Shown: positions 13,001 to 25,000 of the stretch, one piece after another
Layout of the letters: each line of letters opens with the position of its first letter
Position numbering within the stretch: position 1 is the first letter of the stretch
From: Thecamonas trahens ATCC 50062
Lineage: Eukaryota; Protista; Apusomonadida
Direction of reading: 5' to 3'
Length of the DNA stretch: 64,000 nucleotides
NCBI RefSeq assembly: GCF_000142905.1
Contig: NW_013657666.1
Coordinates: 382,631-446,630, forward strand
Made by a program: the position numbers and the translations under genes
The notes under the pieces: generated by a model
Database searches by the model: none
Seen by the model: the letters and a program-made list of their open reading frames with translations, nothing else
Told to the model about the DNA's origin: nothing

Positions 13001-16000
13001 CATCGCGAGCATCGCGCGCCTCCTTCAGAGCCGCATCGGCTTGGGCCTCGGCGGCCCGAACGGCTGCAAGTGCTTCCTCGCGAGCAGCATTCGCCTGCTG
13101 GAGCGACGCCACACCCTCCTCCAACTTGGCGTTTGCCTGCGTCGCAACCCGCTCGGCGCGACTCGCACGGTCCTCGGCAGCATTAACCGCCACCTGGAGC
13201 TTGCGCCGCACAGCCTCGACGGCTTCCTCCTGCAGCTCAAGCGTCTCGGCCTCGGCAACTCTAACACGCTCCATGGACGCAACTCGCTCATCGTTGGCGG
13301 CCACCCACGCTTTGCGTGCGTTCTCCTCGGCTTCGACAACGGCCGCCTTGGCTTTTCGGAGCTCAGTCTCAAGCTCAGCCATGCTACTCGTGTCTGCCAC
13401 CTGCCGCTCCAGACGCTCTACCGCGTGCTCGGCAGAGGCGAGGAGCACCTCCAACTCGGCGACTTGTTTCTCGCGACCATCCAGCCGGCCTTGCAGCTGC
13501 GCAGCCTGTGCAAGTGTTGCCCGGAGCTCGCTTCGCAGCTCAGATCGGGGCGTCTCGGACGTCTCCTCAGCTTGCAGCCGCGCCAGCGCTTGCTGGAGTC
13601 CATTGACTTCACCGCGAAGGCTGGCTACCGCCGACTCTGCGGCGTCTCGCTCAGCCTCGGCCCGTCGCCGCCGTTCGACCTCGGCCTCCAGCTCGGCTGC
13701 GACGTCGGCACGCTGGACCTCGGCCCGCCGGGCCTCACCGCGAGTGAGCTCTAGCTTCCCAGCGAGCATGCTCTTTTCTGCCGTTGCCTGCGCCAGCGAC
13801 TCTTCGAGCACGCTCTTAGCCTCACCCAGCTGCTCCGCCAGCATGGTCGACTCAAGCAGCCGGGACGCTGTCCCTGACTCGTTCAGCGATGACTCGGAGG
13901 CCAGCCGTGCTTCAAGCTCATTGATCTGCGCCTGCGCTTCTCGCAGCGCCCGCCTGCGGTCGGCTTCGCGAGCATCAGCCTCTTCCAGCAAGGCGCGTAG
14001 CGCAGTGCTCTTTTCGCGCTCACCGATCGCCTGCTCGCGCTCCACACCCATTCGGGCCTCAAGCGCTGCAAGCGCCGTTACCATGCCTTCCATTTTGCCT
14101 TCGAGCTCGGCCTTCTCCTTGCGTACCTGTGCCAGAGAGTTTGCAGCACGCTCAGCACGCCCGTCAGCCTCCTCCACACTTGCTTCGGCCTTGACCCGTG
14201 CCGCCTCGGCCGCCGCCGCAATGAACTGGGCCTCCTCGGCCGCTCGCGCATCAATACGCGCCTCTTGCAGCGCCTTCTGACACTCGGCCAGTTCGGCATC
14301 AAGATCACCAGCCTTGGCGGCCACTCGATGCACAGACACCATCGAAACCTCGCTAGCCTGAATCTCAGCCCGAAGTCGCTTGACCTCGGCCTGGCTCGTC
14401 GCCAGCGCAGACTCCAAGAACATGTTGCGCTGCTCGTACTCGGCAGCAGTTTGCGTCAGCCCGGCGACCTTTCCGACCAGCGCAGCCCGCTCGTCGGCAG
14501 ACGCGTCTACCTCACCAGTTTGCGACGCTAGCCGCGCCTGGGCCGCAGCGAGCTCGCTACGCACCTGAGCCAACTCATTCTCCCGAGTAGCCAAAATCGT
14601 CGCCAGCCCGTCCCGATGCGCCGCTTCCTCACGCAAGTCAGCAAGCTCGACCTCGGCTTGCTCACCGGCAGCGCGAAGGTCGGCGTTGAGGCCTTCCACT
14701 TGAGCCCGCCGATGACGCTCTTGCTGAAGCAGGACACGCTCTTGGTCAAGCGCATTCGCAAGCTCCCGCGCCTTGGCCTGTGCCTCATCAGCACGGCTGA
14801 TGGCGTCGGCAGCTTCGCTGCGCGCAGCAGCCAGCGCCTGCTCCAACCGAGAGACGGCCTCAACCGCCTCCTCGGCCACACCAACACGGCGCCTCAGCTC
14901 GTTGGCCTCGGCCGCCGTCTTGATCAGCGCGCTGGCGTCACCCGCGGCCATCTCTTCCAGCCGGATGACGTTGCTGCATGCTCCAGCAAGCTCGCCCTTG
15001 AGCTCGGCAGCCTGCATGACCAGCTTGTCACGTGCAGCAAAGGCTTCGTCAGCCTCGGCCTGTGCCCGCCTCCAGCGAGCCTTGGCCCGATCCACGTCCT
15101 CAAGAGCCAATTCCAGCTCGGCCTCAACTGCCTGCAACCGTGCTGTCGCTCGCGCTCGCGCCGTCTCACTATCTTCCAGGGAGGCACGCAGCGTCGCGAT
15201 CTCGGCGCGAGCCTCGGCCCGCCCACGGGTCGCGGATGCTCGCGCGGCCTCAGCCTCAGCTGTGCGCCCATGGGCATCATCCATTTCAGCCTGCATTGAC
15301 TCGACCAGGGCCTTGTATCGCGCCACGGACGCCTCTGCTCTTGCAAGTGTTGACTCTGCAGATGCGCACGCTGCATTTTGCTCCGCCGCTCGGCGCGCAG
15401 TCTCGGCTTCTGTCGCGCGAACCGCATTCACCCCAGCTTGCAGACGGGCCGCCTCGGCTTGAGCCCGGCTCACCGCTGCTGATGCCTCGACGTCACCAGC
15501 AACGGCCGCAGCGTCAGCCGCGTTCTTAGCGGCTTCCATCCGTGCCACCTGTGCCTTGGCTTCCGCAAGCAGTGCTGCTGTCGACTCGGCTTCTGCAGCA
15601 GCACCTGCACCATCGGCCATGGACGCATCGCGAGCCCGCTCGGCCTCTTCCTGTGCGGCCGTGGCGACAGCAACGGCATCTTCGAGCTCAAGCACCCGCT
15701 TTTGCGCGCTCGCCAACGCTTGCTGGTTTTTGGCAAGCTCGATCGTCTTGGCCTGAATCTCTGAGCGAGCCTGAGCAAGAGTTGCATCCACACCTGTCGC
15801 AGTGGCTCTATCGCGTGCCGAAACGGTCTCTTGCAGAGACGCCAGCTCAGCCTGGAGCGCTGCTGTGGCCCGTGCCGAGACCTCTGCCCGCTCTTCAGCA
15901 GCCTCGACCATAGCCTCCAGCTCGCGCTTACCAGCTCGGCTCTCTTCCAGCTTGACTTCCAGCTCTGCCACCACATCCGCCGTCGCGCTGGGCGCGATCG

Positions 16001-19000
16001 CCGTCGTCATCGGCTCGGGCTCGGGCTCGGGCTCGGCCGGTGATGTAACCGGCGGGCGGCCATCATCTTGAAGCGCTGCTTCCAGCTCGGCGATCCGTGC
16101 CTGCAGTCGCTTCTTGAGCGCCTTGAAGGCCAGTGCCTTGGCCCGAGCCTCGGCAAGCTGGGTAGCGGAGGCCACGGCTTCCAGCTTTCCCTGCTTGACA
16201 GCGTCTGTCAGCTCAGCCACCCGAGCTTCGCTCGATGCCGTGTCAGCCTTGGCTGCTGCAACAGCCTCGTGCGCCTCGGCCAGTTCGCTTGTCAGGCCTT
16301 GCACCCTGTTTTCGGCGGCTGCCAGCTGCGGATGGAGGTTAGCCACCTCGGCACGCAGCGTCTCGCGATCGCCCTGCAACTTTTCAAGAACCGCGTTCTG
16401 GGTTGTCAGTGCCGTACGGAGCGAGGCCTCGTTCTCGCGCGCCTCCTCATAGTTGGACGTCATGTCAGCCAGCGCCGACTGCGCCTCAACAAGGCCTGCC
16501 CGAATTGAGTTGATTTCCTCGGCAGCCCGGTCGGCGTCGTCCGCCGCACGTGTTCGCAGCGTCGTCAGACGGTTCTCCAACCCAGCACGATCCTTGCTCG
16601 CTGATGCGCGCAGTGCATCCATGGCCACTCGTGCCTCCTCAAGCTCGCAAGCGCGATCTGCCAGTCGCAGCTCGGCCTCGGCCACCTGCCGCTCCAACTC
16701 AGTAACTCGGATTTCCATCGCACTGACGCTTTCTTCGGCATCACTCGCCCGACGGTTGGCAACACTTGCCGTCTCGGATGCTGCGTCCGCCTTGCGCTCT
16801 GCAGTCTCTCGCGCGGCAACGGCCTGATCCAGTTGCTTCTTGAGCCCAGCAAGCGCGGCTTGCAGCTTATCGACTGACGCGGACTCACCAGCAGCCTCAG
16901 TTTGAGCAACGTGTCCAGAAACGGCAGCATCCAGCTCCGCGGCGCGTGCGCGAGCAGCCTCAGCCTCAGCTTCCTTGACCACGAGGGCTTGCTGGGCTGC
17001 ACGGAGCTCGCGCTTAATGGCAGCTTCAGCACTGGCGGCGGCAGCTAAGCTTCCAGCAGCCTTGCGGGCGGAAGCGGCAGCCTCATCTTGCGCTGCCACA
17101 AGCTTGGCCTGAAGCGCGGCAGCTCGGGCATGCGCCTCTTCCAGCTCGGCAGCAGCAAGCGACGACCGCTGCGCGTCCGCTAGCTCGTCCGCAAGGGCCG
17201 TGTTGCGCCGACGAGCCTCATCAAGCAGGACATGGGCCTCGTGTAGCTCTTCCTCCAACCGCGCGTTGGTCGCCAGAGCTTCGCCCTGAAGCTCTCTCAA
17301 CTCGGCACAGTTCCGGCGCGCATCGTCAAGATCGCTTTGGAGCGCAGCCATTTCGGCTTCAAATGCTCTGGCATCGCGCGAGCGCTCCGCATGAAGCGCC
17401 TCTATCGCAAGCCCACGTTCAGCAAGCGACGCATCCAGCTGGGCCCGCTCCCGCTCCAGTTCCACATTCACTCGCTGCACTGTCTCGTCCAGCGATGCTT
17501 GTGCACTGCGAGCAATCTCGAGCTCGGCCTCCACCACGCCAAGTCGCGAGCCCAGGCTCTTGGCCTCCATCTCTGCCAGCCGCGCCTGCCTCTCGGCCGC
17601 GCTTGCGCGATTGCGCTCGCGTTCGACCTGTCCCACAAGCGCTGCATTGGCCTCTTCGGCGTTGTGCGTGGCAAGTGTGCTTGCTGCACGCTCGGCCTCC
17701 AGCTCGCGTCGCAAAGTGTCCAGCTCGCCAGCCTGTGCATCAAGCTCGGCTTGAACTGCTGCCGGCATGGCTGCCACTGTATCGAGCGAGGCTTGGCGAA
17801 GGAGGGTGGCCGACTCCGCGGCTTCTCCAGCTGCAAGTTCGGCCTGCTCCAGCTTGGAATGTGCAGCAGCAAGCTCGCTCTTCAAGCGGGCGACTGCCAC
17901 CTGCGCAGCCTCGGCCGCCGCCACTGCCTCGTCATGACCGGCTTCGGCTCGTGCCACCGCAGCCACTGCTGCCGCAACTTGCCCGCTCTCATCGCTTGCA
18001 GCGGCCATCTCGGCCTGCAGTGCATGTGCTGCCGCCAGCTCACCCACAAGCCGCTTGTGGACTATTTGCGAAGCTTGCAACTCGACAACCGCCTCCCGCT
18101 CCCGCTCCGCCGCAGTCTCAGACGCGCGCAGGGCAGCCTGTCGGGCTGCCATCAGTGCGTCGACCTGCTCCGCAAGAGAACGTTGGATCTCATCCACAGC
18201 CGCAAACTGCTGGCATGCCATCTCGGCTTGCGCCTTCAACTTGGCAATCTCGGCCTCTGCAGACCGCAGCTCGACTTTGATGTCGCGGCTCGTCTGCTCA
18301 GCTTCAAGTGCTCGGGCGCTCTCGGCCGCCAGCGCGGCCTGTGCCGCAGCCACGTTGGCGTTGGCAGCGCGTAGCGCCGTCTGCAGCGCTGCCTGTTCGG
18401 CCGCCACCCGCTGCTCCTCAGCCGCAGCCTCAGCATGTGCGGCCACTCGCGCTGCGCGCTCACGCTCGAGTGCAGCTTCCAGCTCTTGGATGGTGAGCTC
18501 GAGATCCTCGCGCTGTTGTTCAGTCTCGCCGCGGACTGCTGCAAGCTCAGAGGCAGCCACAGCAAGCCCGGCCTGTTGCGACTCGACCTCTGCACGGAGA
18601 GCCTCACGGGCCTTGATGGCTTCCAGCAGCTCACCTCGAGTCGACGCTAGCCTGCGGCTAGCGTCCTCGGCGGCCATTTCGGCGCGCTCAACACCCGCAG
18701 ACAGCTGCAGCATCTCGCGGCTATTCTCTTCCAACGTAGCAAACAGCGTAGCGAGCTCGAGCGACGCCTCACTGGCAGCAGCCTCAGACTCAAGCGACTC
18801 ACTCCTTTGGAGCGCAGCCACCCGCACTGCTTCAACCTCTCCGGCAAACGAGGCGTTGCGCCGATCCAGAGCGTCGCGGGTGACTGAAAGCTCGGCCTTG
18901 ACAGACACCAGCGCCTGTCGGGACTCAGCGGCCTCATCCTTAGCGGCAGTAAGCTCAATCTGCAGCTCGCGTGCGGTGGCTTCAGCACGCACAGCACGGT

Positions 19001-22000
19001 CGACAGCTGCGACGGCATCCTCTCCCAGCGGCAGAAGCGCAGCCTTTGCACCGTGAAGCTCGTGCTGCAACTTGGTCACCATGGCGGCCGTTTCGGCTGC
19101 TTGCGAGCGGGCATTGTCAGCTTCCTCGCGCGAGAGCGCCAGTTCAGCGTTGAGCTCCTCAATCCGGGACTCGAGGACGGCCACCGAGTCGCGCGCCGCT
19201 TCAGCGGCGACACGCGCGTTGGCGGCATCATCGAGCGCCTCATCAAGCTCTGAGCTCATAGCGGCCAGCTCTTCGAGCGCGGCGTCACTCACAGGTGCCG
19301 CCCCCAGCCGCGCCCGTCGGCGCTCCACGCGCTGCGACAGATCCTCACTCGATGCGCCTGTCCCATCAGGTGCACCGCCCAGCGACCGTTTGGCGGCGCG
19401 GGCAAGTTGATCCCGCACCGCCACGGTCTCCTGCAGCGAGGCTTGGACAAGGCCCAGCTCGCGCGAGAGCGCGGCCAGCCGCGACTCAAGCCCACTGCAG
19501 TTGCGGCGTGCAGCTACCAGCTCAGCGTCTCTCTCTCTCAGCTGTCGCGAGAGCCGAGCAACAAGCTCCTCGTACTTTGCCTCGGCTGCTGCAGCGGTCG
19601 ACTTGATCGAGTCGGCTGCAGACCGCGCATGCAATGCCTCGCGCTCCGCTGCAGCAGCACACGTCTCAGCGGCTGCACGCTCTGTCGTCAGTCGCGCCAG
19701 CTCGCGCGCCATCCGCTGGATCTCGGCTGTTCGGGCACGACCAGCGTCTGCAGCGCGGCTCTCGGCGGATTCCAGCCCCGCCTCAAGCGCAGCGATCTTG
19801 GCCTCTGCGGCCCGGAGCGCAGCCTCGGCGTGCTGCAACCCAGAAACAGCACCACTGGCCTTCTCCAGAGCAATTTGCGAGTCTGATGCCTGTCGGACCA
19901 TTTCCGAGCGTAGCAGCTGTGCAACGTCGGGGCGACCTTGGCGAGCGCAGCTTCGCGCAGCTCCTCGTTCTGGGCCCGAAGCTCTTCCACTTCAGCAACA
20001 TGTGCCTCGGCCAAGCTTGTGCATGTTGCCGCCGCCTGCGAGGCCTTGGTCTGGGCTTCAGACAAGTCAAAAAGGGTGGCAGAGTGAGTCGCCTGCAGGC
20101 TAGCCAGCCGTGCTTCGGCACGGGACAGATCATCATGTACATGACTCAGCTGCGCCTTTTGCATGCCCACCTCCCGCAAGGCGTTGTCCTGGCCATCCTT
20201 TGCCTGCCGTGCTGCAGCAGTGAGGTCAGCCACTTGAGCCTCGCGGGCAGCGACCTCGGCAGTCAAGTTGGAGACCGCCGCGTTCTGACTCGCCACCGCA
20301 TGTTCCAGCTTAGCAACAACCGACTCGAGCTCAGCAACGCGGTTCGAGCTGGCGCGCTCCGCCGCCGCACGCTCCTCCTCTAGCGCAGCAACCTTGCGTT
20401 TCAGTGCCTCCATGGCTGCAGCATCGGCGGCACGAGTTTCCTCATTGGCAGTCTCGAGAGCAGCGATCTGCGCCGACGCGGCGTTGGCGCGCGACTCGGC
20501 GCGAACGCTCTCTTCGCGCGCCGCGGTTGCGGCGGCTGTTGCTGCCGCCAGCTCGGCATGGAGTGCCGAAACTTGGGCTTGGGACTGCTCGGCGCTCGAC
20601 GTCGCAGCCGCAGCCTCACGAGCAGCCGCAGCCGCACGCGCTTCGGCAGCATCCACAACAGCGGCCTGCGCCTGCGCAGCAGCCTCGGTAGCAGCGGCCT
20701 CAGCCTCGATGCTCTCAGCTATAGCATCTGCTGACTCGCTGTCGACAAGCGCAACAATCCGGGCCTCCAGAGTCTTGATCTGCTGAGCCGTTGCGGCTGC
20801 CACTAGCTCCGCATCCGACTCTAGCCGGGCAACGGTGGCCCGGGTTGACACTAAGGCCTCGTGCTTGGCACTGACTGCAGCCACGGCTTCTTCCAGTTTG
20901 CGCGCAAGATCAGCCGTGTCACGCGACGCAGTGTCGGTAGCATCCGCCGCGCTGCTTCGCACAGCTTCCAGCTCCGCCGAAACTTCAGCTAGCCTTGACT
21001 GCAACGCAGTGGCCTTTTCCTCGGCTCGATAACGAGCAGCCTGAGCAGCCTTGACGTCCATCTCCAGAACCCGGCCCGCGTTGTGACTGGTCTCAGAAAC
21101 TAGTTCGGCTCGCTTGGCAGCAGCAACGGCGACTCGAGCTTCCGCCTCTGCCGCTGCTTGAGCAGTCCGCAGCTCGGCGATTTCATCCCGGGCGAGCGCT
21201 AGCTCAACCTTGACTTGCTCAGCGAGCGAGTGAGCATGATCAGCAGCGCCCTGAGCAGCCTCAACATCGATGCGAGCGTTGAGCTTGAGCGTGTCCATCT
21301 CGTTCTGGATTCGAGTGAGCGAGCCGGTGAGCTCAGTTCGTACCGCAACTGCGTCACGGAGCTCTGCCTTGGTTGCGACCAAATTGCCTCTGAGCGCGGC
21401 CTCGCGCTGCTGCGCCGCCGACAGTGCACCCAGCAACTGCATCTTGAGCAGACCCATGGCATGAGCATGCTCACCAGCCAGTCTCCGCACAAGCTCAGCC
21501 TCTCGCTCTGCAAGCATCTCAGTATCAATGGTTGCGTGCTTGGCAATGGTCGCTGTTTCGGACGTCGCTGCCATTCGAGCAGCTTCAACCTCGTCGCTCA
21601 GCTCAGCCACCTGCGCTTCGAGCGTGGCAATGGTCTGCCGCTGTGTCTTGAGCACAAACTGATTGGCCCTCTCGTTCTGAGCAGCCTCAAAGCGAGCGGC
21701 TCGGGCCTCGGCCAAGGCCGCGCGCATGCTGGCCATCTCATCGGAAAAGCTGGTGCGCTCGGCCTCGAGCTGATCCTCGACGGTAGCAAGGCGCGCAGTG
21801 GCATCGTCGGCGGCCTCGCCTGTCGTATGGCGCTCGGCGGCGAGGCTCACGTTGAGTTTCTCGGCCCGGTTGAGCATGTCGCGCACCCTGTTGTTCTCCA
21901 CAAACAGCTTGTGCTTCTCGTCCTGCACCTTCCCGTTCTCGGCGAGAAGCTTCTCAATCTCGGCACGCAGGGCAGCTACATGACCACGCTCTTCAGCAAG

Positions 22001-25000
22001 CTGGGTGTGGACCTCATCGACGTCGGCTTCAAACTGGGCAGTGGCCTTGGCACGCGCACGTGCAGCATCATCCACCGCCACTTCGTGGGCCTCGGCAAGC
22101 TCGTCGGCGCGCTCCCGCTCGCGCTGCAGCTGCGCCGTCAGCGCCTCGACTGTAGCTTCCAACGACGCATTTGCGGCCGCAAGCGACGAGACCTGCTCTG
22201 ATGAGACAAGGTCAGCTTCACTCACAGCCGCCAGCTTGAGATCGGCCAGCGACATGGTGCGCTGAGTCTCGAGCCCGGCCTCTTCAAGCTCAAACACATG
22301 CTCGCGGAGCGCAAGGAGCTCTTCGGCAAGCTTGCGGTTTTGATTCCGCAGAGTCTCCTCAACCTGGAGCGCCTCCTCCTCGAGGCTCTCCATCAGGCTG
22401 TCCTTCTCGGCTGCCGCCTCGAGCGCAGCATCCAGAGCGGCGGACAGCTCGACCTCGCGTGCACCACTGGCAGCCTGCAGTGCATCCATCTCGGCCCGCA
22501 CACTCTCGACAGCGACCTGTGCATCATCGAGCGCTTCCCGGGCGACACGCGCCTCAGCGCGCGCGACAGCGGCGGCCTTGTCGGCCTGAGCTTGCTTGTT
22601 CTGCGCATCTTGAACATTGGCCAGAAGCGAGTCCTGACTGGCGTTGGCCGCCTCGAGCTGGCGGCGCAGGGCAAGGACAACAGGTCCATCAGCGGCGCTC
22701 ACAGCACCAGCAGCCCGAGCGTCCTCCAGGGCTCGGTAGAGCGCGTCCATTTGTGACTGAATTTCACCGGCCTGCGCCTCGACGGTAGTCGCAGCACGTG
22801 CCGCACGCTCGCGCTCAAGCTCAAGTTGCTCTTGCGCGTCGGCAAGCTGGGTGGTGAGCGCCGCGATGCGGGCTCGTGAAGCCTCGGACGAGTTGACGGT
22901 ATGGGCTTGTGCTTCGGCAGCCCGCTTACGCGACGCCTCCAGCTCGGCAATCCTCGCCTCGGCGGCCGCAAGCTGCATCTTGGTTGTCACTTCGACCGAC
23001 GACTGTCGGGCCAGGCCGGCAGCGCTCGGACCGCGGCGCGAACGGGCTGCTGCCAGAACGCCGCACATTGCCCTCAATGATCCGCCAAGGACGTCGAGCT
23101 CGGCACTCTCACGAACAAGTGCCGACTCTAGTGCTTCCTTTTCGGCAACCAGGTGCGCGACTCGCGAGTCGTCTCCATGCGGAGAAGCGAGTGCAGCGAC
23201 GCGGCTAGTCTCAGTTGCCGGGACAACTGGCACAGCATCCGCCAGCTCGGCTTCAGTCTCCATCCGGCGCAGTCTGGACTGTAGCTCTCGAATGTCGCTC
23301 TGGGCATTATGAAGAGACTCTGCCGCAGCCGTGGCTCGTGCGACCTCGAACGCCATCGCCTCGTTCTTTGCCTCCAGCTCAGCGCGGAGGCCAGTGACAA
23401 GATCAGCCTGCTTAGCGCGGTGGTCTGTGTCATCATCAAGAAGAGTAAAAAGCCGCACCAGCTCGGCAGCTACATGCTCGCTTACAACTGTTGGCGACGC
23501 GTCCGACGACATGGTCTCTACCACGGTGCGCAGAGCAGCAACTTCGCTCTCGAGGGCAGTGGCGGTGGCAAGAGCGGCATCGTTGGCGAGCGCGAGCTGG
23601 GTGGCGAGAGCACGTTTCTGTTCACGCGCGCGCATCGCATCCTCGCGGGCCGCATCGCGCGCGGCTTCCAACTCGGCCAAGCAGGCCTCAGCATACTGGG
23701 CGTCAGAAATAGCGTTGTCACGGGCAGTGGCAAGCGCCAATGCATTGGCCTGTGCCACCACGATTTGGCGCTCGAGCTCTGCCTTCTCCACCTTTGCTGC
23801 CTGGAGAAGTACCTCAAGTCCATCTCCGCGCGCGCACGCGTCGGCATGCTCCGCTTGGAGTGCAAGTAGCTGGCGCCGGGTGGTGTCACGGGAAGCCGCT
23901 GCCACCTCGAGCTGGGCCACTAGCCGTGCATTCTCTTCCGCCAGCTCGGGGAGTGGCTTGGGAACCCGGATCGACAGTTCCTCGTCCAGCTTGATCTCCA
24001 CCGGGAGCTCGTCCACATTGCAACCATAATGATTGAGAGTGACGTCAAAGGCACGTGCAAGGAGCACGAGTGACGAGCTGGCACGCGCGTAGCTCGAGTG
24101 AAGACGAGAAACTTCAGCGACAAGCGAGTCGCGCTCTTCGGTCAGTGCACGCTGAACGACCGCAGCACGACGGGCTGCGTTCTCAGCAGTGCGCTGGACC
24201 TCCGCCTCGGCTGGTGCCGACGCCAGCTGAGCCTGGAGCGACTCGAGGCGACTACGAGTTGAGGCGGCCTCTGCTTGCGCGCTCTCAGCGAGGTTGAGCG
24301 CATGCGCCATGGCGGCATGATTCTCGACAGCAGTAGCCTGGGCAGCCTTGAGCTCCCCCTCGACTCGAGTCAGCGACTGGCTGCGTTCGAGCGCCGCGAG
24401 CTGGGCTTTCGAGGCCGAGACGGAGCTTTCCTCCAGCTGCACGGCAGCCTGAGCCTCACCGAGGGCAGACTCAAGGTCTCGGATTCGAGCGTTGGCAGCC
24501 TCAAGTTGAGTTACAGCTGCGGAGCGAGCCGCGGCCTCTGCTTCGACCTCCGACTTGAGCGCACACAGAGCAGCATCAATCGAGACATGAGCGTCGCTAT
24601 CGGCGGTATGCCCTCGAGCACCATCAGCAACAGGAGCGCGATCAAGAGCGTCGTGTGCAGCAGCAAGTTTGGCCTCGAGAAGCTTTGCCTGGGCCTGGGC
24701 CTTGGACTTGACTGATGCAACATGTGCGGTCTCGCGCTTCACCTCCAACTTGGCCTGAGAGAGCGCGAGTGCTTGGGTATGGAGCTGGTCCTCCAGTACA
24801 CTGATACGGGCAGCGAGCAAGGCATTGTTCTCCTCCGCCGACGCCAACTTGGCCTGAGCAAGATGGGCAGCGCGGGTCCGAGATGCTTCATCACCTGCGA
24901 GGCTGCGAGCATCTGCGGTCACGACATCTAGCTCGGTGCGCAGCTTGCGGCGACGCTCCTCGGACGCTTGCAGTGCAGCAGCCAATGATGCCAGTGAAGC

